Source: Octopus bimaculoides | Lineage: Eukaryota | Assembly: GCF_001194135.2 (NCBI RefSeq) | Contig: NC_068990.1 | Coordinates: 3,239,466 to 3,277,045 of the forward strand | Direction: 5' to 3' | DNA: 37,580 bases | Translations under genes and position numbers: made by a program | Shown here: one piece after another, positions 12,268-24,859 of the stretch | Position numbering within the stretch: the first letter of the stretch is position 1 | How the letters are laid out: each line of letters starts with the position of its first letter | Notes under the pieces: model-generated | What the model saw: only the letters and a program-made list of their open reading frames with translations | Database searches by the model: none | Told to the model about the DNA's origin: nothing

Positions 12268-12480
12268 TGGATGAAAGACATGGCCGTGTGGTTAAGAAGC
12301 TCATTTTACTATCGTATCGTTTCATGTTCAACCCAGTACGTATTACCATACACACACGCACATATACATATGTATGGATGTGCCTGTGATTGCTCAACCC
12401 CAGCTATCTGATAACCGCTTTTGGATCCTCGTAACTAGTGGTTCGGAAAAAGACCGATAAAATTAATACCAGGATGTAAA
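12268..12480 (+). mobile_element. Old SINE family B copy
   Basis: atggccgtgtggttaagaagc head; cgtaactagtggttcggaaaaagaccgataaaattaataccagg 3' part. Confidence 0.65.
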
Positions 12481-13224
12481 AAATATATATACAGGAATCA
12501 AATCGTTCGACTGATTCGTACAAGGCATTGCCTCAGCATGGACGTAATCTATGACTGGATTTAGTAAAATATAACAGATAAAGACAAAAGACAGTGTATG
12601 TTTGGGTGTAGTGTATGTATATGTGTGTGCGCGTGTGGATAGATACCTATCCATATATGGACATATATGTATATATACAAACATAAATTTGCATATATAT
12701 GCATACACACAAAAACATGAATAGATACATTCATATAATATTGCATAAATCGATGGACACACATATAAACACATAGACATTCAAATACACGTATACGAAC
12801 ATGGAAACATATGCATCACCCACACAAGTTTATATTCCCATATGTTTCAATAGTTGTATGTTTACATATACGAACATTCATCAATCCATGCATATATACA
12901 GAATATACAAACGTTTCCACTTCATAAATTCAGTATTATGCGGATTCTTTAATTTGAAACTTCATGTTAATCAACAATATGGTTTAGGGAAAATACCTGA
13001 GGGGAAACTGCCAGCATATTAAGTAAAAAAATGCGATAAATCATACACATATAGGGAATTGAATAACTTCGATTAGCTAAGTTTATTCAACCAATTAGTT
13101 GACAAAATCTCTCTTCGAGGCTGTATAAAATCCAAAATCAATATGCGGGAAAACGGACTCCCGCAAGAAATATTGGTGGGATTTTTTTGGATGATATAGA
13201 ATCATCGATAGATTTGCTATTTAA

Positions 13225-13630
13225 AATCTAGCAGAGAAAGAAATGGAAAATGAAATGGTCCGTTGTTTAAAGTTGAGCATATATCTGTACATCCATGCAG
13301 AAGCTATGTCTGAACATTTTGGTTTGTTTCGTCTTGAAAAACCCCACCTTACTGATGTCTATGCAAAGGAAAGATTGCCATCTTGGCACTTCAGCAGCAG
13401 TAGCGTCGCAGATGTTGCTGGCAAATGCTACAGCCAGAGTAGATACCACAAGGCATTTTACTCGAGACTCCAACAGTTCTTTCCTGAAATGGTTCCCAAG
13501 GCACAGTTGATCCTGATGAGACTTGAATTCAGATTGTAAAGTATTGGAAACAAATACCGTGAGGCATTGTATACAAGTCTCTAATAACTCTGCTAATTGG
13601 CCATCAAAATCTGATAATAGTGGAATTTTT
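13225..13630. other. Unique segment with in-register open frames on both strands; possible exon or old coding fragment
   Basis: Plus frame is stop-free 13225-13536 and the in-register minus frame is stop-free from about 13630 to 13270. No recognisable protein motif. Confidence 0.3.
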
Positions 13631-14164
13631 TACCTTAGTCATAATTTCTTATGACAAACAGCATCTACAAATGAAATTATGTTTAGTAATTTCTCAGATA
13701 ACTTCAGCTCATCAAAGTTTTATTTAATTCTCTACATTACATATTTAAGAGACTACTGTACATGTGTTTACAATGTAGAATGTTTCCTTCTTATAATTTT
13801 CTTGTAGCCAGATCGTTTAGATATATAATCAGCTAATATCTTAACATTTTATTCTACATGTAATGGTCACTCTTAGTTTCGCCAACTGAAAAGAATATGT
13901 TCAGTTGAGGAGGATTAATTCCCAAAACTAACATTTGCTCTTATCAGTTACCTTTACAAATCAGTTGCACTCTAATCTTGAATATGTACATTATGTAAAA
14001 ATTTCCATAAACTATTTTGTTTGAGAAAACTGTTTAATGTTAAACACCACAGGATGGCGTTTTTATTTGCTAATTGCTTAAATAATCTGTTATTGCAATC
14101 ATATAACCAATGGTTTACCGTGCAAAAATAACTACCATTGATGTTGCTGCAACTACTACTATTA

Positions 14165-14273
14165 TATAGATAGATACACAGACAGGCAGAGAGGCAGACA
14201 GATGACAGACAGACAGACAGACAGACAGACGGACAGACGGACAGATAGCTAGCTAGCTAGCTAGCTAGCTGGC

Positions 14274-14325
<52 letters not shown>
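14165..14325. repeat. Compound (GACA)/(AGCT)/(GATA) microsatellite
   Basis: Direct; six AGCT units at 14247-14270. Confidence 0.9.
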
Positions 14326-14334
14326 AGTATGTAT

Positions 14335-14470
14335 AGGCACAGATATGGCTTAAGAAACTCGCTTTGCAACCATGGTGTTTTGGGATCAATTTCACTGCGT
14401 AGCACCATGAAATATTGTCTCTAGTGTCTTCAACTAAAGCTTCAGACCGACTATCAATGCCTTGTGAAGG
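14335..14470 (+). mobile_element. Old SINE family B 5' fragment
   Basis: ttaagaaactcgctttgcaaccatgg...cactgcgtagcacc...agtgtcttcaactaaagcttcagaccgac...gccttgtga. Confidence 0.7.
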
Positions 14471-14950
14471 AACACACGAGTTTACATGTATAAGGAAAAT
14501 AAGACAAGGTATATATTGCTAAAATAATTTTATCATGAAGAACATTTTAGTAGGCGTTTCAGTCTCTGCGACTTTTACAACTTAAGACTAAAGCATGAAA
14601 AACAATTAAATTGTAAAAAGCTAAATGAAATGTCTTTTTAAATACTTTCATAGCTTTCAAATGCAAGGGACCCTTCCTTTTTTTCTGTCAGTCTCTTTTT
14701 TACTTTTTTTTACACACAAGAGTAAAAAAGAGAGAGAGAAGGGGAGACAGACACTATGGAAATATTTTAAAATAAACATTTCATTTAATTTTTCAACAAT
14801 GGTTTTTCATGCTTTATTCCAAGTTGAAAAGGTCACAAAGACTGAAACCGGTACTAAAACGTTCTTAATGATAAACTTATTTTAGTATGTTCTACCTTGT
14901 GTTATTTTCCTTACACACACACACACATACACACACACACACGTCTCCGT

Positions 14951-14990
14951 ATTCTTCCTGTTGAAGAGCATAGCTCGAAACGTCAAAGAC
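14951..14990 (+). ncRNA. Minimal hammerhead-ribozyme-like motif, A6-to-U variant
   Basis: CTGTTGA-A-GAGC(ATA)GCTC-GAAAC-GTC; stem I tctt/aaga. Confidence 0.55.
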
Positions 14991-15085
14991 TTTCCGTATT
15001 CCCGAGCGTAATACTAATACATCCTTTTTTTATTTACACCACCTGTCCTCATCTGTTGTTTTTTTTCATACATTCTCCTATATAT

Positions 15086-15684
15086 NNNNNNNNNNNNNNN
15101 NNNNNNNNNNNNNNNNNNNNNNNNNNNNNNNNNNNNNNNNNNNNNNNNNNNNNNNNNNNNNNNNNNNNNNNNNNNNNNNNNNNNNNNNNNNNNNNNNNNN
15201 NNNNNNNNNNNNNNNNNNNNNNNNNNNNNNNNNNNNNNNNNNNNNNNNNNNNNNNNNNNNNNNNNNNNNNNNNNNNNNNNNNNNNNNNNNNNNNNNNNNN
15301 NNNNNNNNNNNNNNNNNNNNNNNNNNNNNNNNNNNNNNNNNNNNNNNNNNNNNNNNNNNNNNNNNNNNNNNNNNNNNNNNNNNNNNNNNNNNNNNNNNNN
15401 NNNNNNNNNNNNNNNNNNNNNNNNNNNNNNNNNNNNNNNNNNNNNNNNNNNNNNNNNNNNNNNNNNNNNNNNNNNNNNNNNNNNNNNNNNNNNNNNNNNN
15501 NNNNNNNNNNNNNNNNNNNNNNNNNNNNNNNNNNNNNNNNNNNNNNNNNNNNNNNNNNNNNNNNNNNNNNNNNNNNNNNNNNNNNNNNNNNNNNNNNNNN
15601 NNNNNNNNNNNNNNNNNNNNNNNNNNNNNNNNNNNNNNNNNNNNNNNNNNNNNNNNNNNNNNNNNNNNNNNNNNNNNNNNNNNN
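15086..15684. other. Assembly gap
   Basis: N run. Confidence 1.
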
Positions 15685-15906
15685 GACAATTAATGCGCTA
15701 GAAATAGATCACATTTTGTGTCTATTAAGACCTAAAAAGTTCTCAACATGAAATATAGCAGCATACCAAAAACGTGAGTGGGCAAGACATTTAAAATCAC
15801 CTAAAAAAAATCATTATCAAACAGGAACCAGGTTTCGGATTTAACAAATTCTTACCATTTGTCTAATAGACACAAAATGTGATCTATTTCTAGCGCATTA
15901 ATTGTC
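15685..15906. mobile_element. MITE-like element with perfect 43-bp inverted repeat, left side truncated by the gap
   Basis: 15685-15727 is the exact reverse complement of 15864-15906. Confidence 0.8.
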
Positions 15907-18900
15907 CACGTTAGTGGTCGACGTTATTTTTAAAATATCTATCTATCTATATATATATATATATATATATATATAAGATGAGAGAGGGGGAGAGAGAAGA
16001 AAAAGGCAACTTAATGTTGAAGGTCGTGGTTATAGGGTTAACTGAAACTTCTTTTTAGCATGTTAGGAGTCAACATGGTTCTCTCGTCCCAGTGTATAAA
16101 TTATCATACACTATTATATAGAAATATCTATTTCTTGACTGGGAGGAAGAAAGGGATGGAATTTTTCTCTAGTTAGGTATTGCTAACAATCTTCCATTTT
16201 ATAGGAAATATGTGAATGTTAAGAAAGTGTATATAAAAAGATTCAACTAAAGTTTTGCGCTGTCACAATCCATGGGAACACCACAGATTGATTACACTAA
16301 AAAGTCTTTGGTCCAGTAGAACTGAAATATGGAATATTGCAATTAAATGCATCTGCCATACTTTAATACAACAAGAATATTGCGAAAACTCCATCAGTCT
16401 TCTTCAGGTTTATTGCAAACAATTTTCAACAAAATGTGTTCGCTGATAAGTGGTATTGTTTTAGCACGAAAAACGGGCAGTGAAGCCAATAAATTGTAAG
16501 TTTGTCACGCGGCCACAAATGTGTAAAGGATGGATAAAGCTAGTTGAATAAGCATCGGCCTTACTTTATGGTTTACGGATAAACGAATATCAATGTTGTG
16601 ATATGAAATGAGAACACAATGGGATTATAATCAGCAAATTCAGCAAACCATTTGATAAACCGCTACCATTAAAGTTAAGCCATTATTCAGCTATAAATAT
16701 AATTGTCGAATTTAGTCTAAGATGCATTCGTGGTGTAAATACGGCAAATAGTGGATAATATCACCCCCACTTACATAAAAGGTTCTTTCTTATACCGGAT
16801 CCTTAAAGGAAATAAGTTCAACATTGACCTCTCTAGATTAAAAGAAGCGAAGCATCAGCATTTCATCCTTTTTTAGAACGCTGTCAGTTATCTCTGTTAC
16901 CAGCAACAGCAAAAACAAAAACAACAAAAGATAGATAAACAATGATAATGATTATTTTTTAACATAGACACAATTTTACTTGAATAAAAACGGATGCAAG
17001 CGTAACCTGTTCGAGTCTGAATTGATGATGACAATTTATATGCGTTTTATCCTACTCTAGAACCAAACCATCAGTTACTTCCCTACGAAAAAAGAAAAGA
17101 AAGGGAAAATAAAACAGCAACAGTACAATAATAACATAATGACTTAAGCAACTACAACGTTGTAAAATAGATAACAAGGCGTGAAATGTATTTTCTTGAC
17201 TAGAAGGAAGAAAAAGATGGAAGGTTTCCCTTGTTAGAATGAACCTAAGAACTTAAAGGTCGCTAAACCTGAAAGTCATAAAATTTGATTCTACGGATTT
17301 TCGCAATAATCTCTTTATAAAAACACGGGCCTACACATTATTATTGTTGAAATCACTTCTCCATCTTCCCCAGATTTTCACTGGAAGGTTATCAGCAGAT
17401 AACTTTTCATATTGATAAATGTTATATGGGGCATGGTTGAGTGAATAAGATACTCGACTACGTGCTTCTGAAGTGAAATACCTCAGTTTGCGTGCCGTAA
17501 GGAAAGAAGGAATCTGACATTTTGTTGTTATTACATGGAGCTTCGAAGTGTCAAATTACTCCTTTGACCCTTCACCATACTAACTACTACGAACTGAAGG
17601 ACTTCACTACATAACATTTTTATATTTCCTATGTTTAATCAGCGCCTTTTTCTTTTTACTTGCTTCTATGCCAAGAGTTAGAAAGCAACTGTAGAATATT
17701 CTATGCAGTAGTTTAAATAAATGACTGTAATAGACATATCTTCCTGGAAAAGTTATTTTCGAAATATCAGAGGTCATTTCAAAGTTTTGGTGTAAATCTA
17801 GGCATAATTCTCGAATTCAAAACACATAATTAAACCACAGATCCCTCAAAGTTGGATGGCTATAAATTAAATTTATCAGTTGCAATTTACTCGAATAACT
17901 GCCTGAAAATGGGGAAAAGATTCCACGTAACTGTCTGTGCAATGAATCGCTTAAAATATAAAATATGGTTGCTTTTGCAAACAAATAAAGTAATCACGTA
18001 GAGGTTTCCTTGCTAGTTTCTTCGTTGCTGTATTTTTATATTTTGTAATTAAGTAATCTCAAGATCGTTCATTACATTTATCCCTCTTGAGAATTCATTA
18101 AATAGTTTATCACTAATATAGTTTACGCTAAATAGATTGGTTTTATCGCATCCATATAGATTTCTCAGTATACGTAGATTCATAGAGCTTTTTGTTTCGT
18201 CCCATGAATATAGCCAAAAATTTACTGGCGCCTGAAGTTGTTTAAATTTATGCAATAGCAGCAGAATTAATTGTAGTGTAGGTAGTAAAAGCAGTAACAG
18301 TAGTCATAATAGCAGCCGCACGAGTAGTAGTAGTTGTTTTTGTTGCTGTTGTTGGCACCGTCCTCTTCGTCATCAAAGTCATTGATATTTAGTCGTAAAT
18401 CAGTTCTTATCGACCAGACAGATTTATAATCAAAGATGTTACATCCTCAATCATTTTCGTTTGGTTGTATATGGCCAGGATTAATAGTGTCCAATTTATC
18501 TTCCATCTTTTTTGCTACAAGAAGACAACACATGATTTGACAGCGTTTTGTTGGAGGTTTCTAGCAAATTCATTTATGCCGTACAAGAGACATACAGTGA
18601 TTCGTTAGTGTTTAACTTTATGGAAATGGGTTGCTTAATAACAATCATATAGGAGGTGGACTATAAAATACAAAAGGAAAAACAGAAAATATGAAGAACC
18701 AAATATTAACTTATAATAATTGAATGGGTATCTCATTCAGCTTAAATTTGCAACATATACAATAACAGACTAAAATTATTCGATTTTCCATTTACATACA
18801 CACACACACGCACACACATACATATCTTTTATAATGAGGTAAAAAAGAAAAAGAAATAAAACGAATCGAATACAACAAAAATAAAATATCAATATTGATT

Positions 18901-19198
18901 TTGGTTAACATCGAGTAGGAAACAAAAGCAAGAAGCTAGACAGAATTGGGGTGAGAAATGGTGTTTTGTAAAGAGTTGCAAGTCAAAGAAATAATGAAAG
19001 TGAAAGTAGATGAATGTGCAGCAGCTGGTGGATTGGATGTATCCATTGAATAAGATATGTAGGTAAAGTAAACAATCAAGAGATAACTGCTAATGTAGAA
19101 ATGTGTTATAATAGATCGTCGACGTTTTGCAATAATACAATTGGAATAGAAAATAAAATATATAGTGAGGTGAATATACCACATGCGTATGTACATAC

Positions 19199-19290
19199 GT
19201 TTGTATGTATGTATGTATGTATGCATGTATGTGTGTTTGTGTGCATGTATGTATGTATGTATGTATGTATGTATGTATGTGTGTATGTGT
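19199..19290. repeat. (TATG)n microsatellite
   Basis: Direct. Confidence 0.9.
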
Positions 19291-19582
19291 GTCTGCATGT
19301 ATGTATACATGTGTATTTATTTATTTATAAGCAAACGTACACACAAACATTTATGCATAAATATCCGCATATGAATATATATCTATGTGTACGTGCGTGC
19401 GTCTGTGCCTATGTGCGTGCATCTGTGTCTGTGTATGATTGTGTGTGTGCGTGTGTGTTTGAGCACGTCGTTCAACAAAACAATCCCACGCGAAGAAGAT
19501 TGGAAATAAAGGAGCGTCGTATTTTAATGATGTGATTGTTTACAATAAAATAAATGGCTAGATATACATACAAATATGCATA

Positions 19583-19711
<129 letters not shown>

Positions 19712-20709
19712 GTGTGTTTGTGCGTGTGTGTATGTGTTTATGTATGTGTGTGTATTTGTGTGTGTATGTGTGTATATATAAATGCATGAGTATATGTATG
19801 CATGCAAATAAATTGATATGCAGCATGTGATGGGGCCCCTTGCGACAGCATGTAGCATACTGAGACCACCAGCTGAAAAAAAAAATTGTGCCATCTTGTA
19901 CCAAGTAAAACATACACTGAGTTATCAATTTTTTCTCTATGGTCAGTCATTGAAAGTTGTGAATAAATTATTCACTTGTTTAGTCTGTACTGTGAATTGA
20001 CAATAATGTTGACGAAACCTTCCTCCACATCGAAAAAGACTGTGCTCCATTTCTAATGAGACAAAGTTGAAGTTCCATAATACTTGTGTTTTGTCTTCGT
20101 TGGTATATGCATTGTGAGAGTTCGGTTACTCACTGGAGGTATATAAAGAACCTGGATCGATTTTACTAATAGTGCCTCGGTCCTATACTGTGTATCCGAT
20201 GGTGACTGCATTTAAGTGACTCTCAATTCCTTGAGCGCAGTCATTTTAACAGCACAGAGCCTCTACTATTTCGGAACCGGTTACGATGGATGGAGTAGTT
20301 ATGTGGTGAGTGCGGAATACGATTGGATTCCGCAGTAATTTCTGCGCGATAAATTAACCCAAGGTAAAATACCAGTGCACAGGTTAAAAAAAACAAAAAA
20401 CAGTGTACAAACGTAGAGGGAAAAAATGTGCTGAGTTCAGAGGTCCAACATAGTCAACAGCTGAGGTCCAGAGATGCTGCATAGAGAAGACATTCCATAC
20501 TGCTCAAATGATTTGAACTTATACTCCGAAGTATTTTTTAGTGTCTTTGTACACTGTGTAAGTTTGCTCTGTTAATATATAATTATCTATATATTTATAC
20601 ATGATATTCAACGTCTGAAAAGTTTCACTCTTTCCTTTCTCTCGGTTTACATGTATACATGTATGTATATTCTGTATATCTAACCCAAGCAGTTGTATTT
20701 GTTTAGGTG

Positions 20710-20877
<168 letters not shown>

Positions 20878-21193
20878 CGTATCATACATTTACGCACTTT
20901 TATATACGCTTATATATATGTATGTATGTATGTTTGTATGTATGTATTTTATGTCTCTTCTATTTTTTAATTATTATAAATCTTCCACTGAGGAGGGAGC
21001 CAGTTTGCAACAAAGATACAAGGCTCCATCTTTGAGATGTAGTTAACACGACAAATTCACATTTGGAACTTGAGAAGTCTGGCATATTTTTACAGTTCCA
21101 CTTACAGATTGCAGTTGTATTCTACGAATTAGCCGGTCGATTTCTCTTTCTGAAAATTCCAGTTTATCCAGCTTATTTTCGTATGTATGTTTG

Positions 21194-21225
<32 letters not shown>

Positions 21226-21229
<4 letters not shown>

Positions 21230-22342
21230 CATGGAGGGAGTAAATAGACACCTTTAGTTTTGAAAACACGTAAAGCGAACAATTGAAATGTAATCGATAG
21301 GTAGGACTACATACTTTAGTATTTAGTTGACATTCCCTTTGCAGTTTTTAATTCAGAAACTCTTTTTGGCATTGAACTGATGTGCTTTGCGATTGTCTCT
21401 TGTGAAATTTCTGCCCAATTTTCACGCAACAATCGAAACAATTCATCTTTAGATTTAGGTTTCTGTTGAGGTCTTCGTAGAGCTCTATCTAGTATGCTCC
21501 AAAGATTTTCAATTGGGTTCATGTCAGGAGATTGGCTCGGTCAGGGAAGCTTTTTGATCCCATTTTCAGTCAGCCATTGTTGATTCCATTTCGCTGTGTG
21601 GCTTGGAGTCCCATCTTCCATCGATCGGCTCAGAACTAGCATTGCTGGTGACAGCTTCCCATACCATTACAGAGTTTCCGTCATGTTTCGCAGTTGGTTG
21701 ATTGGGAAACCTCCAGACCCAAACACGTCCACTGTCTGATAATAATGCAAATCTGGATTCATCTGAGAAAATCACTCTACCCCAAAATGAATTGGGTTCT
21801 TCTGACATCTCCATAGTCCATTTCTTTCTTTGCATTATATTAATTGGTTGAAGGAGAGGTTTTCTTCTAGCTGCTCGTCCATAATGCAGATATGTAACAC
21901 ACGTTCTTGGACTAACTTCTTGCTGATTTGTAATGTCAGAAGCCTTCGAACGGTGTTCGTTTCCCACAATACTCTTCAAACAGTGAAGCTTCCTTTCCGG
22001 GGGCCCAGGTCGGCCCCGACGAGAATCTGTTGATTCTTTTCCTTGGCGTTTGAATTGCACTATAATTCTATTAACAGCAGCAAGAGGAATTTGAAGATTT
22101 TCGGCAATTTTTCGCTGGCTAAGACCAGCCTCATCTTTCCCAACAATACGACCTCTTTGAAAATCTGACAGTTCTACTGATATTCTTGTGCGTTGCATGC
22201 TTACTTTTCGCAAATATTTGATATAATGGCACCTAGAATGAAAAAGAATAACTGCATTGTAAATTCTACAAAGCTGAAAGCATGTTGAGACGCTTAGATC
22301 ATAAATTTTGAAAATTGAAGGTGTCCATGTACTTCTTGCATG

Positions 22343-22346
<4 letters not shown>
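21226..22346 (-). mobile_element. Tc1-family DNA transposon (DD34E), decayed, both TIRs present
   Basis: 41-bp TIRs at 21226-21266 and 22306-22346 (33 of 41 identical), TA on both sides expanded into (TA)n, transposase remnant inside. Confidence 0.95.
21316..22213 (-). pseudogene. Tc1 transposase pseudogene
   Basis: N-terminal HTH with [25 protein letters not shown]; then an internal deletion and frameshift; then DGTPSHTAK...LP*PSQSPDMNPIENLW with 34 residues between D and E and a TGG-to-TGA stop. Confidence 0.95.
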
Positions 22347-22386
<40 letters not shown>

Positions 22387-22452
22387 CGCGCGCTAGTAGT
22401 ATAATGCAAGTTATAGATCTAACCCAGGAATGGTTTGAGCCGTAGCGTTTGT

Positions 22453-23129
22453 ATGAAAGAATACATTTGAAGTTTAAAAATTGACAACAACTGTGCCAAC
22501 AACATTTTTATTGATGAATAGTTTGATGGACTTTTACTACGATTACATCCTGAAAAAAATCCGCTTTCATGAGGTCGAGTTTAAACATAGGAAGACAAAA
22601 ATTAAAGCGCTCCGCTTTGCTAAGCCATTAGCAATGCGAGTAAGTACGTCTGAAGGACCGTTTAAAATTCAAAGGGCTGTCAGTGATACTCTTAGGGCAG
22701 AGATCAGAGACAATAAAATTCCATAGATCGCTATTATAATTCTTTATGTATTCTATGATGACTAGAAAAGGCATTATTTTATTGCTTTCTTTTCACATCT
22801 TTTAATGCTTTCTCTCTTGATCATTGGATACATAAATAATTATGATAGTGATCTATGAAATTTTATTGTCTCTGATCTCTGCCCTAAGTGTATCGCTGAC
22901 AGCCCTTTAAATTTTCCACGGTTCTTCATACGTACTTACTCGCATTGCATTGCTAATGGCTTAGCAAAGCGGGTCGGTTTAAGTTCTCTTTTCTTATCTA
23001 TGTTTACAATCACCAGATGATAGCTTGGCTTTTTATGATGTAACCGTAGTAATTGAACTATTCATTAATAAATGAAGCGCTGCTGAAACAACTGTTCAGA
23101 ATTTTTTAACTCTTCTTGTGTTCTTTTAT
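22453..23129. repeat. Long imperfect palindrome (foldback), 26-nt spacer
   Basis: Core 22612-22776 versus 22803-22972 is about 89% identical by hand with one 5-nt indel; weaker pairing continues outwards. Confidence 0.92.
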
Positions 23130-23808
23130 GTATAGATATGTATATGATTACACTCATGTATGCATATGCACACCACAATTTCGATAATATTAACGGTTAA
23201 GACTTTGACAGAATTTTTCTGTTATCTTCCTTACCTATCAACATAAACGTAGTTGCTCCTTTTAATTTTAATTCCATAAGAAATCCATTTGCTTTTAATC
23301 TTTATCTGAATATCGATTTTAACGATCCTATTATCAAATAGATGCCACACTCGCTTACAATTCTTTCCTTTTTTCCTTAGGATTCTTCTCTTCATTTCAG
23401 ATATAAGCACATTTATATTTACTCACTTTCAAAAACGTCAGAAGATTTCCAAGATAAATGTAGTCAATTTGTATCCAGTTTTTAAAATTAATTACACACA
23501 CACCGTCAAATTATAAAATCGTTCGTTCAGTTTGCTCTGCTTGTCCCTATTATAAACAAATATCTCCATATATATATGGAAATGTGTGTGTGTGTGTGTG
23601 TGTCTGTGTGTCTGTATGTGTTCATGTGTGACTGCTTGTATGTGTGATTGTGTGTGCATGAGTGTGTGTGTTTGTATGTGTGTTTGCATGTGTGTATGAG
23701 TGTGTATATATAATGTGTAAATGTATAAATATACAAGTCTATATATATAATAGTAAAATGACAACAAAAGAATGAATGAGACCTCGATATTATGTAAACA
23801 GAAGAACT

Positions 23809-23839
<31 letters not shown>

Positions 23840-24859
23840 ATGTGTGTGTGTGTGTGTATAAGTATGTATGTATGTACGTATACGCACACACACACATCCT
23901 GTATAAATGATCGCCTAAAATTTGAATTTTTACGCCTGTACCCGAAAATTGAAGCTGCCATACCAAAAATATTATATCAGCACCGGCATTGAAACGTGAT
24001 ATTGAAAATATATGCTGGGAAAAAGAATTAATTGCACTAATATTACCAATGATTATTCAAAATGTACGTAAGAATACACATCTTAATAACTATATATGGA
24101 TGCATTATTCTAATGAATATTTACCCTCGAGAAGCTGCTCATGTGCTCCACACTTAACCAGTTATATTCTTAAAATTTTGGCTCATCAGTGTATTGTACT
24201 TGAATGCTGAACTTCTCTTTCTAATTTGAAAATTCAATGCAGTTTTAGGCTATCAATATTAAAATGAAAATGATAAATACAGCGGATAAAAATGGATTCG
24301 TGAGCATTATTTATGCATACAAAACGTTATTGATATTTGATATGAGTTTAAATTACAATTGCATTTCAAACTCAAGCCTTCAGTAACACCCTATAAAATC
24401 ACTCTGTTCTTCATCCACAATACTGAATAAGTCTTAATAATCACCTGCGCAAATGATATTATCATATGAATCCTCTTCATCACTACTTTGAGTAATTATA
24501 GGTTGTAATCATTTACCGTTTCTTCATTATCGTCTCCCACGGATAATTATCCTCTGTACTATCCAACGCATTAAAGCTTTCACTTTATGAAATCCTTTGA
24601 TCATAATACCAGCATTTATCTATCGTCTCATGAACCCGTGCACCAAATTATTTCTTTCTTTGGTAGATTTTCTGCAAGCATGGCTATGAGGTAGGAAGCT
24701 TGCTTCCCAATCACATGGTTTCGGTTCAGGCGCATTGTGTACCACCTTTGGTATGTGTCTTCTACTATAGCAGCAGGTCGACTAAAACTTTGTGAATAGA
24801 TTTGATAGACGGAATCCGTAAGAAGCCTGTCGTATATATAGTATATATAATCCTAGCGA

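Noticed and set aside
13513-13551. CTGATGAG...GAAAC
   Set aside because: No stem II closing pair between the two boxes.
13876-13912. Hairpin followed by CGAAAC on the minus strand
   Set aside because: No CTGANGA box before the stem, so not a hammerhead.
19990-20018. ctgtga...stem...cgaaac hammerhead-like pattern
   Set aside because: Core is one base short, stem relies on wobbles, and no GTH follows.
21106-21149. 44-nt minus-strand micro-exon (ttttcag...|gtaagt)
   Set aside because: Such signal pairs are expected by chance in AT-rich DNA and no partner exons were found.
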